A stretch of 64,000 bases of DNA from an uncultured bacterium (GCA_964601505.1 CAZRNR010000005.1:101-64100), one strand, 5' to 3'. Counted from the first letter of the stretch, positions 18,703-28,623 are shown. Notes: generated from the sequence alone by a model not told the origin. Translations and numbers: made by a program.

Positions 18703-20349
18703 CTATTTCTCCGAGGATATTACCATATACGCTTGATTTTTAAAAAGGATATTCATATCAATTCCTTCATATCTTGCAGATTCTTTGAACATATCTTCAA
18801 ACCTTGCATCTATCAGGACATACTTAGTTTTCCGCAGAAGGAATCTTATTATTTTTAACTTATCTTCTTTTTCACCTCTATGGTATGCAAGTAGGACAAG
18901 CGGAGGATTTGCTTTAGCGCCACTATAGTACCAAAAAGCTATAGGCATAGAGAAGACATAAATTTCATTTTCCAATTTGTTTTGCAAAACGAAATTAACC
19001 ACATCTTTTGTTTCTTTTTCCTTAAAGTATGGCAGATAGTAATCACTTATCTTATACACATCTGAGATACGAAGCAACATAGCTAAAACAAGGATAACCC
19101 ACAAGTCTTTTGCAAAATTTTCTATCTTAAAAAGCACTTTTACAAAGAGGCAGGAGAAAACCGGAAGTATAGTATAGAGCATCTTTGGTACAGCAGGTAT
19201 TATTACATCCAATAAAAGGAACAAGAATAAGCTAACGATTATAAAGATGACCTCAAAACTTTTTGTAAAAAAAATTATTCCGAATATCAAAGTTATAGCG
19301 AGAACAATTGTATTAGCTGTATCAGAGATAAAGTGCAGGTCTGATTTCTGAGATATAAAGCCATAACCTAAGTATATATCTGACAAAGAAAAAGAGCTTT
19401 TTAATTTTACGAATGCTTCTTTGACGAAACAACAACTGGACAAAGTCTGTGATAATCCTTGAAATATTTTTGGGATGATTTTATCTAATGAGAAACCTTC
19501 AACTTTTTGACCGAAGAAATTATATAATTCAGTATAAGCGTTGTAAAATATGCAATCCTTACAAACCTTTTGATAGTGATCTGCCATTTTTTCAGCTAGT
19601 TTTATGTGTATGATGTAAGGGATCAGAAAGGATAAACTTATGATCGATGATAAAAGAACAGCTTTAAGATTTTTTGTTCTGATAATCTGAGTTATGTAAG
19701 CACCAAGAACAAGGTGTATTGAAGGAGCATAAGAGTAAAGAGCAAGTCCACCAAAAATAGAGGAGATCTTATATCTCCCTTCAAGAAGGAATGCGATGAA
19801 CAAATTTAGAAATATAGCAGATTGAAGGTGATGGAACTGAAGAATCAAGGAATAAAATGAAGGAGAAAAGATGATAAATAACAAAAAAAATAGTTTAGTT
19901 ATCTCCTTCCTTATAAAGTTTTGAAAAAGAACGGAAGCCAACTTCAGAGAAGAAAAGAAGTATAAAATAACCATGGAGATAAAGGTTAAAGCTATAGACT
20001 CTGGAATTAATTTGAACCTTCTTAAAGGTTCGGAAATATAATACGTTAGAAAAGGAGTGTAATAGAAAACCCAAGAGATCATTATTTCTTTTCCGAAAAT
20101 GGTGAGTGTAAGATAAGGGAAAAAAGATTTCAGTTTGATTTTAATAAATCCAATATTGAAGACCAACTCTTCCATCTCTTGAGAGTATATAAATTCATCT
20201 TTCTGGAAATCAATACCAAATATCACCGGTGGCCAGACCGAAACAATTCCAACTCCTTCTGAATGCACTGACTGACGCAAATAGATGGAAACAATGATAG
20301 AAAAGGAAAAGCAAATAAAAGCAAATAGAATGTAATGCACCTTTTTCAT
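18703..20349 (-). CDS. Large polytopic membrane protein with a C-terminal soluble domain (GT-C/ArnT-PMT_2-like candidate)
   Basis: 548 aa, more than 10 predicted hydrophobic helices by eye, ~100-aa non-membrane C-terminus. Family assignment is tentative. Confidence 0.4.
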   Translation of the reverse strand: MKKVHYILFAFICFSFSIIVSIYLRQSVHSEGVGIVSVWPPVIFGIDFQKDEFIYSQEMEELVFNIGFIKIKLKSFFPYLTLTIFGKEIMISWVFYYTPFLTYYISEPLRRFKLIPESIALTFISMVILYFFSSLKLASVLFQNFIRKEITKLFFLLFIIFSPSFYSLILQFHHLQSAIFLNLFIAFLLEGRYKISSIFGGLALYSYAPSIHLVLGAYITQIIRTKNLKAVLLSSIISLSFLIPYIIHIKLAEKMADHYQKVCKDCIFYNAYTELYNFFGQKVEGFSLDKIIPKIFQGLSQTLSSCCFVKEAFVKLKSSFSLSDIYLGYGFISQKSDLHFISDTANTIVLAITLIFGIIFFTKSFEVIFIIVSLFLFLLLDVIIPAVPKMLYTILPVFSCLFVKVLFKIENFAKDLWVILVLAMLLRISDVYKISDYYLPYFKEKETKDVVNFVLQNKLENEIYVFSMPIAFWYYSGAKANPPLVLLAYHRGEKEDKLKIIRFLLRKTKYVLIDARFEDMFKESARYEGIDMNILFKNQAYMVISSEK

Positions 20350-20368
20350 GAAAACTTATTAATATCTT

Positions 20369-21448
20369 ATGGTAATGTTCATCGACTTCGTAATGAGCAG
20401 GTTTGGCATCTCAAAAATAACTAGAGACATTCAAAAGATAAATTTCATAATAAAAAAGATATTACCGAAAGACAATCCGGAAATATCTATAAAAAGGTTA
20501 AAAAATCTTTTTCTATCTTTCATAGCATGGAGATACGGCTTTTTTTTAGGTGATATAAAACCGATCATTCTGCAAGTCGAGACGGTAAGCGGATGTAATT
20601 TCAACTGCATAATGTGCAGGGCTGGGAGTCTCAAAAAAGAGTTCATGACCTATGATGAATTTGAGAAAATATTATACAAAATCCCGGAAGCTTTCGTGAT
20701 AATAATGAATCTTGCTGGAGAACCATTTCTGTCTAAAGATACATTGAAATTGATAAGATACGCAAGCCTTGAAAGAAAAGCAATAGTTAATATATTTTCT
20801 AATTTCTCCGTTTTACCAGATCCGTATGAAGTTTTAAATTCAGGACTTTACGAGATACACGCTTCAATAGATACATTTGATCCAATAAAGTTCTCAAAGA
20901 TAAGAGAAGGAGGTAAGCTTGAAAAGGTAATTTCAAATCTTGAAACACTCATCGAAACAAGGAAGAAAATTAAGAAATCACTCCCGATAATAAGCATAAA
21001 CGCTGTTTGTTCTGAAGAAACCATAGAGGATACAGAGGATATAATTTTGAATGCTATAAAAATAGGAGTAGATAGAGTAAAGTTTCAAAGATTATTGTTC
21101 GATATTCCCGAACTGCATCGTCCTTCTCAGAAATCTCAGCAATATCTTCTTTATCTGAAAAAGAAATACAAGGATAAAATAGATGTCATCCTGAACAACT
21201 TTGAAAATATTGGTGATAAATCAGATGGTTATTGTTACCTTGCATACTTTATGTTAGCGATAAAAGTAAACGGGGATGTTTATCCTTGCTGTATGCCTTA
21301 TCCGAATTTCTTTCCTTTTGAGTCAATTATGGGCAATATATTTGCTTCAAACAACTCATGGAATAAAAAAAGAATGGAATTTGTGAGCAATTTCCGAGAT
21401 TCTCCACCAAACTTTTGCCAAATATGTCCGCTATACTATAGAAAATGA
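20369..21448 (+). CDS. Radical SAM protein with Cys-rich (SPASM/twitch-like) C-terminus, paralog A
   Basis: CNFNCIMC (CX3CX2C), GEPFLS SAM-binding motif, C-terminal CYLAY..x14..PCC..x40..CQIC. Confidence 0.8.
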   Translation: MVMFIDFVMSRFGISKITRDIQKINFIIKKILPKDNPEISIKRLKNLFLSFIAWRYGFFLGDIKPIILQVETVSGCNFNCIMCRAGSLKKEFMTYDEFEKILYKIPEAFVIIMNLAGEPFLSKDTLKLIRYASLERKAIVNIFSNFSVLPDPYEVLNSGLYEIHASIDTFDPIKFSKIREGGKLEKVISNLETLIETRKKIKKSLPIISINAVCSEETIEDTEDIILNAIKIGVDRVKFQRLLFDIPELHRPSQKSQQYLLYLKKKYKDKIDVILNNFENIGDKSDGYCYLAYFMLAIKVNGDVYPCCMPYPNFFPFESIMGNIFASNNSWNKKRMEFVSNFRDSPPNFCQICPLYYRK

Positions 21449-22917
21449 AATTAAATCTAGCTTCAGCTTTTTTCATACTTTGCTCACTCCTCATCTTGTA
21501 TCCGAAAAATCTGGAAGAACTTTTCTACTATGATGATAACCCAGTAAGATATGCGATAGCAAAAAAGTGGGTCGAAAACAAGTTAAGCTATGATGAAAAA
21601 ATTCTCTTCCTTGCTTATGGATCTTCTGAGATCTACATACCATTCTTTTACATTGCGAAATTTTTGAACATAAGCTATGAACTCACATACAATCTAGTAT
21701 CTCTGGTACTATTTATCTCCACACTTTTATATGTTATGTCTCTTACAAGAAGAGAAGAGAAAAATTTTTATTTCATAACAGGATTATTTACTCTATTTGG
21801 AATAGTATGTGTCGCGAAAGGTTCTCTACACTGGTTTATAGCATCGAGCATAATTTTTGGCGTGTTATATTCTAAATCTGTAAAAATTTTACACTATGTT
21901 ATGGTCGGATTTTCTTACATAATCTCTCCACCGTCAATAGTACCATCAGTTCTCATATCATTGGCTCTGTTGTTCAATGGAGAAAGAAAAAAATCTATGG
22001 TTTTTATCCTATCACTACCAATGCTTTTGGTGAAAATAGTGTTGGTTCATCCTATAGTTATACTCGATGCGAAAAGATCTTTAGATAGGAATTTTGGAAA
22101 AGACATCATAGATTGGTCACTTAATTCTTTCTGTCCTCCGGATTTGCGTGTATTCATCAGACCGATATTATTAGATTATTTCAAAGCACCCGTTCTCCCA
22201 GCGTTAGTTCTGTACACGATATCAATGAGGGCTATTTTAACGAAAGATAGATTTGCAATTTTATTATTCTCATTTTTCTATGTAACCGCTTTCTTCTCAG
22301 TTTTTATCATCAAATTACAGTTAAAAGGATATGAAATATCAAAGTATTTAGTTTCAATCTTCTCCTTTATTTTCGCGTCGAACCCGTTTAGGCATGTTCC
22401 ACTGCTTATGAGCTATCTCATTATTAAATCTGACCAGAATAAATACGACAAAATATTAACGAAATTTATTCTTGTATCACTATTTTTTTATTCAATATCA
22501 TCTTTGATCAAAGATGAGGGTGAACTACCAACGGGTTTTCCAAAAGAAATAAAAAGTATTATAGAATTCCTTAGGAATTCTGATTCAAAAAACATCCTTT
22601 TTGAAGGAGATATACACACCATACAAAACAATAAATTAATCCATCCGCTTTACAACTCTCACATAATACCATACATATCAGAAGAAGTAGAAGGTAAAAA
22701 ATTTTACGGTGGAATAATTCCGTTGTATTCTAGCAAATACAATTTTTTCGCCGGAAGGTTTAACCTGAAACCCCTTGAAAATTCTGATATACTGGATTTC
22801 ATTGAAGATAAAAAAATAGACATGGTTATCTGCTGGACAGATATCTGTTCAGAATTTTTCAGCTCGAGCTATGAAAAAGAGGAAATAGGGAAATTCAAAA
22901 TCATAAGGTTAAAGTAG
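21445..22917 (+). CDS. Polytopic membrane protein with a C-terminal soluble domain, paralog A (function unknown; GT-C-like layout)
   Basis: 490 aa; YYDDNP acidic motif directly after TM1; ATGA start/stop overlap with radical SAM paralog A. Confidence 0.5.
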   Translation: MKLNLASAFFILCSLLILYPKNLEELFYYDDNPVRYAIAKKWVENKLSYDEKILFLAYGSSEIYIPFFYIAKFLNISYELTYNLVSLVLFISTLLYVMSLTRREEKNFYFITGLFTLFGIVCVAKGSLHWFIASSIIFGVLYSKSVKILHYVMVGFSYIISPPSIVPSVLISLALLFNGERKKSMVFILSLPMLLVKIVLVHPIVILDAKRSLDRNFGKDIIDWSLNSFCPPDLRVFIRPILLDYFKAPVLPALVLYTISMRAILTKDRFAILLFSFFYVTAFFSVFIIKLQLKGYEISKYLVSIFSFIFASNPFRHVPLLMSYLIIKSDQNKYDKILTKFILVSLFFYSISSLIKDEGELPTGFPKEIKSIIEFLRNSDSKNILFEGDIHTIQNNKLIHPLYNSHIIPYISEEVEGKKFYGGIIPLYSSKYNFFAGRFNLKPLENSDILDFIEDKKIDMVICWTDICSEFFSSSYEKEEIGKFKIIRLK

Positions 22918-22998
22918 ATATTAAATCAATATAGAAACATCAAGCAAAAACCAAATTCATACCCAAAATACATTGAGTGAATTAATTATATATAACTA

Positions 22999-24048
22999 AT
23001 GATACTGAAAAGCAAACTCGGAATTTCATTTATTGGAAAAGCAAATATAGAAAGGTTGATTTATATAACTTGCAAGATTTTCCCTCAAGATTCAAAAACA
23101 TTAAAAAGGCTTAAAAATCTATTGCTTTCTCTGATAGCTTGGAGATACGGTATAATTTTAGAAAGTATAAAGCCTGTCATCTTACAGGTTGAAGTTGTAA
23201 GAGGATGCAATTTCAATTGCATAATGTGCAGAGCTGGGGAGCTTGAAAAGGAATTCATGGAATTTGAACAATTCAAAAAAATTTTAGATAAATTTGAAGA
23301 ATCTATAGCATTAATACTCAACCTTGAAGGAGAACCATTTCTGTCAAAAGATATATTGAGGATGATAAACTATGCAAGTGAAAGAAAAAAAATGATAGTA
23401 AGCTTGTTTTCGAATTTTTCAGTAATACCAAAACCAGAAGAGATAATAAGTTCTGGCTTATACGAGATAAATGCATCTATTGATACCTTTGATGCCAAGA
23501 AATTCTCACAATTAAGACAGAATGGAAACCTAAAAATAGTTCTTAAGAATTTATCAGCAGTCATTGAGACGAGAAAGAAAATGGGGAAAAGTATACCTAT
23601 AATAAGCTTGAATGCAACATACTCTAAAGAGAACGCTGAAGATGCAGAAAACATAATTCAAAACTCAATAAATTTAGGTGTAGATAGAGTTAAATTTCAG
23701 AAACTTCTCAAAAACCTCCCCAGAACTCATGTCAAATTAAATATTCCCGGTAAATCAGAAATTGAGCATCTTATAAAGCTGAAGGATAAATATAGAAAAA
23801 AGATAGATGTCATATTGAACAATTTTGAATTCAGCGACCCCAAAGGTTACTGCTATCTTGCGTATCTAATGCAGGTAATAAGAGTGAACGGAGAAACATA
23901 TCCTTGCTGTATGCCGCATCCGTTTTTAGAAAATGGTTCTTTTGGATATCTTCTGAAAGATGAGAACAGAAGAGAAAGATTTATCAGAGATTTTAGAAAG
24001 TCGCCTAAAAAATTTTGTCAGCAATGTGAAATGTATTACAGGAAGTGA
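22999..24048 (+). CDS. Radical SAM protein with Cys-rich C-terminus, paralog B
   Basis: CNFNCIMC, GEPFLS, CYLAY...PCC...CQQC; collinear with paralog A over its full length. Confidence 0.8.
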   Translation: MILKSKLGISFIGKANIERLIYITCKIFPQDSKTLKRLKNLLLSLIAWRYGIILESIKPVILQVEVVRGCNFNCIMCRAGELEKEFMEFEQFKKILDKFEESIALILNLEGEPFLSKDILRMINYASERKKMIVSLFSNFSVIPKPEEIISSGLYEINASIDTFDAKKFSQLRQNGNLKIVLKNLSAVIETRKKMGKSIPIISLNATYSKENAEDAENIIQNSINLGVDRVKFQKLLKNLPRTHVKLNIPGKSEIEHLIKLKDKYRKKIDVILNNFEFSDPKGYCYLAYLMQVIRVNGETYPCCMPHPFLENGSFGYLLKDENRRERFIRDFRKSPKKFCQQCEMYYRK

Positions 24049-25130
24049 AATTTATGGTTAAAAATAAACTGAAAAGGTTTCTAAATAAAATCAAGATGAA
24101 TTGTCTTATCTTTTTAAAAGCATTCCCCCCACAAAAACCAATATTAGCTTCCAAGAGGCTAGAAAACTTTATCAAAACATATATGTCTTGGAAATATGGA
24201 GCCAAGTTTGAAGATTTACAACCGTGTATGATTCAGATAGAGAATGTAAGAGGATGTAATATAAACTGCACCATGTGCAATGCCGGAAACTTTCCCAAAA
24301 TGTTCATTTCCTTTGATCAGTTCAAGAAAACTTTGAACATGTTTCCGAAAACCTTTCTTCTCGCACTTTACTACTGGGGAGAACCATTCTTATCAAGGGA
24401 AACTCTTAAAATTTCAAAATATGCTAGCTTCGAAAAAAATATGCTAGTCAAAACATCCTCAAACTTCACAGTTATACCAGACCCGAAAGAAATCATCGAA
24501 TCGGGAATATATCATATAAAAGCATCAATAGATACATTTGATGAGAAGAAATTTGCTGAAATCAGAAAAAATGGGAATCTAAAAAAGATAACCTCAAACC
24601 TGGAAAATCTGATAAAAACAAAAAATAAAATGAAGAAATTTTTCCCCATAATAAGCATAAATTCCGTAGTCATGGATGAAAACTTGGAAGATCTTGAAGA
24701 CATCGTAAAAAAATCAATAGATCTTGGAGTAGATAGTGTTGAATTTTTGAGATTTCTCGGAATCCCGGGAAAGTCAAATTATGAATACAAAGATAAGAGA
24801 AAGGTTTTCAGTACTCTGAAAAAAATTCAGGAGAAGTATTCTGGTGAGATAGACATACTCATTCATAATTTTGAGAATTTTGGGACATATCAGAATAGAT
24901 TTTGCCACTATGCATATTTTTCAAGTGTTATTGATATATATGGGAACATGTTTTGTCAGTTCTTTATTCTTGATCCTAATTTTCAACCAGAATTATCAGG
25001 ATTTGGCAATATATTCAAATCAGAAGTGAGAGATGTTTTAAGAAGAAGAAATTTTTTCATTTCAGATTTCAGGAAAGGCTCACCCGAACGCTGCAGATAT
25101 TGTCCCCTTGATCTCAGAAGACAACAATGA
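24045..25130 (+). CDS. Radical SAM protein with Cys-rich C-terminus, paralog C (more divergent)
   Basis: CNINCTMC, GEPFLS, C-terminal CHYAY...C...CRYC. The GTG at 24045 overlaps the paralog B stop; an alternative ATG lies at 24054. Confidence 0.75.
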   Translation: MKFMVKNKLKRFLNKIKMNCLIFLKAFPPQKPILASKRLENFIKTYMSWKYGAKFEDLQPCMIQIENVRGCNINCTMCNAGNFPKMFISFDQFKKTLNMFPKTFLLALYYWGEPFLSRETLKISKYASFEKNMLVKTSSNFTVIPDPKEIIESGIYHIKASIDTFDEKKFAEIRKNGNLKKITSNLENLIKTKNKMKKFFPIISINSVVMDENLEDLEDIVKKSIDLGVDSVEFLRFLGIPGKSNYEYKDKRKVFSTLKKIQEKYSGEIDILIHNFENFGTYQNRFCHYAYFSSVIDIYGNMFCQFFILDPNFQPELSGFGNIFKSEVRDVLRRRNFFISDFRKGSPERCRYCPLDLRRQQ

Positions 25131-26620
25131 AAAGATATGCTATAAACTTTATTTTTCTGATTCTCTGCTCCGCGGCTATTTTGTACCCTAAAAACATTAA
25201 AGAACTTTTCTACTACGATGATAACCCGATAAGGTACATGGTAGCAAAAATGTTTGTGGATGGTAGGTTATCCCGAGAAGATAAGATGTTTTTCATATCT
25301 TATGGTTCTTCTGAAATATACCTTCCATTTTTCTTTATAGCCAAGCACATAAAAGCAGAATACCAGATCACATATAATATAGTATCTTTAATTTTTTTCG
25401 TGCTCTGCATATCATATATTTCTTTCATTTTTCGAAAAGATGAGGGAAACTTGAAACTTGTCACATATATTATGACATTACTCGGAATAATATGTGTGAA
25501 AAAAGGTTCAATACACTGGCTTATCTCATCGACAATTTTCCTTTCAACTCTTTTATCAACCAAGCTCTCGATAACTCGGTTCTTACTTATGGGTTTAGCA
25601 TATTTGATATCCCCTACACTAATAATTACCTCAATTATATTTTCCATAATATTTCTGGTTCGAGGAGAAAAGAAAAGAGCTATATTTCTAATCAGCCCAT
25701 TCTTGATAATTCTTCCAAAAACAATAATCATATCTGAAATGACGCTCAATGAAATAAGAGAACTGATATCTCTGGATTCTATAACGAGCAGAAAGATATC
25801 AGAGACGATAAAACCAACTATACCTGCAAGCTTTTATGCTTTTTTAAGATTCTTTTCAGTTGATTATGTTGATAACAAAATTTCTGCCATCCTTATAACA
25901 TACATAATATCCGCAAGGGCTATTTTTCTCACAAAACATAAAAAAGCTTTATTTATCTTTGCGCTGTTCTATATACTGGTTGGATTTTCAATTGCGGCTT
26001 TCAAAATATGGGGGAGTGGATTGAGAACATGGGAAAGTATTATAATCAGTATATTTGGAGTTCTATTTGTCTCAAATCCTTTCAGACATGCTCCTATTAT
26101 CGTCTCATATCTAATCGCCACCTCAGATGTCAATAGATATGATAAAATCATCAACAAAGCAGTCATATTCATACTTGTATTTTGGTCTATAACGAATCTG
26201 ATCAAAGGCAAAGGTGAGCTACCAGAAAAGGTTCCACATGATGTCAAGAACCTCATAGAATTTCTAAATAATTCAGAAATAAAGAACATACTCATAGAAG
26301 GAGATACCCATATTTTGGAAAAATGGAAACTTATCCATCCAATCTATAATTCCCACATTGTATCATACATAGTAGCCGAAACAGAAAACAAGAAATTCTA
26401 TGGTGGTATTATACCTTGGGATTCTTTCAAATTCAATTTTATTGCTGGAAAGTTCAAATCAAAACCCATCCATGAATCAGATATAAAAGACTTCATAAAA
26501 GAAAAAAATATAGATATGGTTGTATGCTGGACAAATAAGTGTAAAAATTTCTTTAGAAATTCAGGAGAGATTGATGAATTTGGATTTTTCTTAGTGGTAA
26601 CGCTTGAAAGACAGAAATAA
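25127..26620 (+). CDS. Polytopic membrane protein with a C-terminal soluble domain, paralog B
   Basis: 497 aa; same YYDDNP motif and the same C-terminal KFYGGIIP...DMV.CWT block as paralog A; ATGA overlap with radical SAM paralog C. Confidence 0.5.
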   Translation: MKRYAINFIFLILCSAAILYPKNIKELFYYDDNPIRYMVAKMFVDGRLSREDKMFFISYGSSEIYLPFFFIAKHIKAEYQITYNIVSLIFFVLCISYISFIFRKDEGNLKLVTYIMTLLGIICVKKGSIHWLISSTIFLSTLLSTKLSITRFLLMGLAYLISPTLIITSIIFSIIFLVRGEKKRAIFLISPFLIILPKTIIISEMTLNEIRELISLDSITSRKISETIKPTIPASFYAFLRFFSVDYVDNKISAILITYIISARAIFLTKHKKALFIFALFYILVGFSIAAFKIWGSGLRTWESIIISIFGVLFVSNPFRHAPIIVSYLIATSDVNRYDKIINKAVIFILVFWSITNLIKGKGELPEKVPHDVKNLIEFLNNSEIKNILIEGDTHILEKWKLIHPIYNSHIVSYIVAETENKKFYGGIIPWDSFKFNFIAGKFKSKPIHESDIKDFIKEKNIDMVVCWTNKCKNFFRNSGEIDEFGFFLVVTLERQK

Positions 26621-27553
26621 TGAGAGAGATTCAAGAACTAGAGCTGTTGTGAGAGCTTCCGAACCATAGGATACACGAAAAAGACTATACAGACCCTCTG
26701 TGAAAAAATCAAAAGAATCCCAACCCTGCTGCTTATTCTGGGTTTCAAGAAGGAAAGAAATCATCTGGTGAAAGTTATTTTTCACTCCAAGAAGAACTGA
26801 CGAAGAAAGAATCAAAGCACAATCAAGAGGATTATTCCAATTAACCTCTTGTAAGTATTTTATCAAAGATTTATGAGGAGAAATTTTAAGCTCAAAATAG
26901 ACCCTAGATAAGAAATAAACAAAAGCCAAAGGAGTTTCATAATACAAACTTCTTATCTTAAAAAGCCCACTATCTATTATTTTTGAAATAAATCTTTCCG
27001 TATCAGGTAGCCTTACACCAAAGAGAGAGAAGAAAAAAAGAATATTTGCATTCACACACCAATCTATATCATTTATCCTTTTCAGATATGGGGCTCCTCT
27101 ATCTTCAATCCAAGTGAAAAAAGAACCATCTTTTCTTTTGTATCTCAGAATATGACATGCTACATCGTAATAGTCAAAATTCACACCAAATCTTCTCAGC
27201 GCAGAAAGACAACACGATGTTGTATCAAGGTCAAAGTGAATATTTGAACCTTTTCCAAAGAATCTAAAGAAACCATCTTCACTTTGAGAATGAATGAAAC
27301 ATATCAACCTATTTATCATGTTAGAAAGAGTAATTTCATCTCCAAGAACGATTCTCACAGCCTTCATAGAATTCAGAATAACAGCATTCGCAAAAACATC
27401 TCTAACATATTCTTTTTGCCAGATTCTTGACTTTATACATCTTGTGCTTAAAAACTCTCCAGAATTAGTCTGGAGAGATGACAAGAAGCCCAAACCCTTT
27501 TTCAATGCAGATATAATATTTTCATAAGATGATATGAAATCAAAAGAATACAT
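26591..27553 (-). CDS. Prenyltransferase/squalene-hopene-cyclase-repeat (alpha-alpha toroid) protein, half-size
   Basis: 320 aa; repeated Q..G.F/W motifs (LQTNSGEF, SQSEDGFF, RKDGSFFTW, QNKQQGWDSF); FDLDTTSCCLSAL resembles the DxDDTA..L.AL cyclase motif. Confidence 0.55.
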   Translation of the reverse strand: MYSFDFISSYENIISALKKGLGFLSSLQTNSGEFLSTRCIKSRIWQKEYVRDVFANAVILNSMKAVRIVLGDEITLSNMINRLICFIHSQSEDGFFRFFGKGSNIHFDLDTTSCCLSALRRFGVNFDYYDVACHILRYKRKDGSFFTWIEDRGAPYLKRINDIDWCVNANILFFFSLFGVRLPDTERFISKIIDSGLFKIRSLYYETPLAFVYFLSRVYFELKISPHKSLIKYLQEVNWNNPLDCALILSSSVLLGVKNNFHQMISFLLETQNKQQGWDSFDFFTEGLYSLFRVSYGSEALTTALVLESLSLFLSFKRYH

Positions 27554-27559
27554 GATCTC

Positions 27560-28339
27560 TCATCTTGAAATAAGTATTAGAATACAGGCATTAGAAAAAA
27601 TTAACCTGTAAAACATCCTATAAAAATTAATATAAGCTCTATTTGCAAATACAATCAAAGATGATATAAGATGAAATATAAAAAGCATTGAGAAAAGTAA
27701 ATTTAGAAAACCTTTATCCATTATATAATACGCAATAATGATATAAGCAACAGAGAAGAAAATAGACGAGATAATAAAAACAAGTTTATCTCCCAAAAAT
27801 ATAGTGATGTTTTTCTGCTTGAGTATTTTATCTTCCTCAACATCTTGTATAAGGTCTATCATATACCCAGCTGTAAAGGCAAAAGAAATAGCAGAAGCAA
27901 GCATAAAAACTTTTAGGGAAAAAATTCCCGGATAACCAGAAAAAAGAGCGCCAAAATAAAATTGCAAAATACCCCCAAGAAAATGAAGGAAAATATCTGC
28001 TATGATTAAAAATCTTCTTGAAAGATAATAAAGAAACCAGTTCAAAAATATAAATGTTGGAAATAGTTTGATATATATATTCTCTCCAAGGAGAATGAAA
28101 GAACTTACAAGTAAAAAACAAAGTGATAACAGAAACCACTTAACTGAGATAAAAAACTCTCCTAGGCTAAAGACTGAAAGTGCGCAGAACAAACTTGATG
28201 TATAGAGAGAAATAACTTCGATAGGATTTGAGACATCAGAATATATAAAATAAGCAAACAAAGGTATACCGGATAAAAAAGATGCTTCAAAGAAGCGCAA
28301 TCTTACCAGAAAATCTACAAAATTTTTTAAAACAAACAC
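27560..28339 (-). CDS. Polytopic membrane protein, divergent UbiA-like prenyltransferase candidate
   Basis: 259 aa, about 8 hydrophobic helices. GYMIDLIQDVEEDK resembles the second Asp-rich motif of UbiA enzymes. No canonical first NDxxDxxxD motif was seen. Confidence 0.35.
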   Translation of the reverse strand: MFVLKNFVDFLVRLRFFEASFLSGIPLFAYFIYSDVSNPIEVISLYTSSLFCALSVFSLGEFFISVKWFLLSLCFLLVSSFILLGENIYIKLFPTFIFLNWFLYYLSRRFLIIADIFLHFLGGILQFYFGALFSGYPGIFSLKVFMLASAISFAFTAGYMIDLIQDVEEDKILKQKNITIFLGDKLVFIISSIFFSVAYIIIAYYIMDKGFLNLLFSMLFIFHLISSLIVFANRAYINFYRMFYRLIFSNACILILISR

Positions 28340-28623
28340 TTATTTTTATAATAATAATTTTAGTCAACCAAATGTATCTAGAGCTCCTACATTTTTAACC
28401 AATACACAAGAAGATTAATAAAAGATATAAAAGAATTTTAAAATATGAATCTTTGGATTTTCAAAAAATAACTCATATCCGAAAAATTGGATAACTTGAT
28501 AACTCCACAGATAATAAACTTTAATATCTGAATGTAAATGTATTGATGTAAAAGATTACAACTTTTTAAGTAAATAAAATTACACAGAAGCTTCAAATAC
28601 TATGGTATCAGTAGTTAGAAATA

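Noticed and set aside
18703-28339. Claiming the island is horizontally acquired on the basis of base composition.
   Set aside because: Spot counts of G+C in 60-nt samples (about 32-37 percent inside versus about 38 percent in a core gene) differ too little to support this without a proper windowed calculation.
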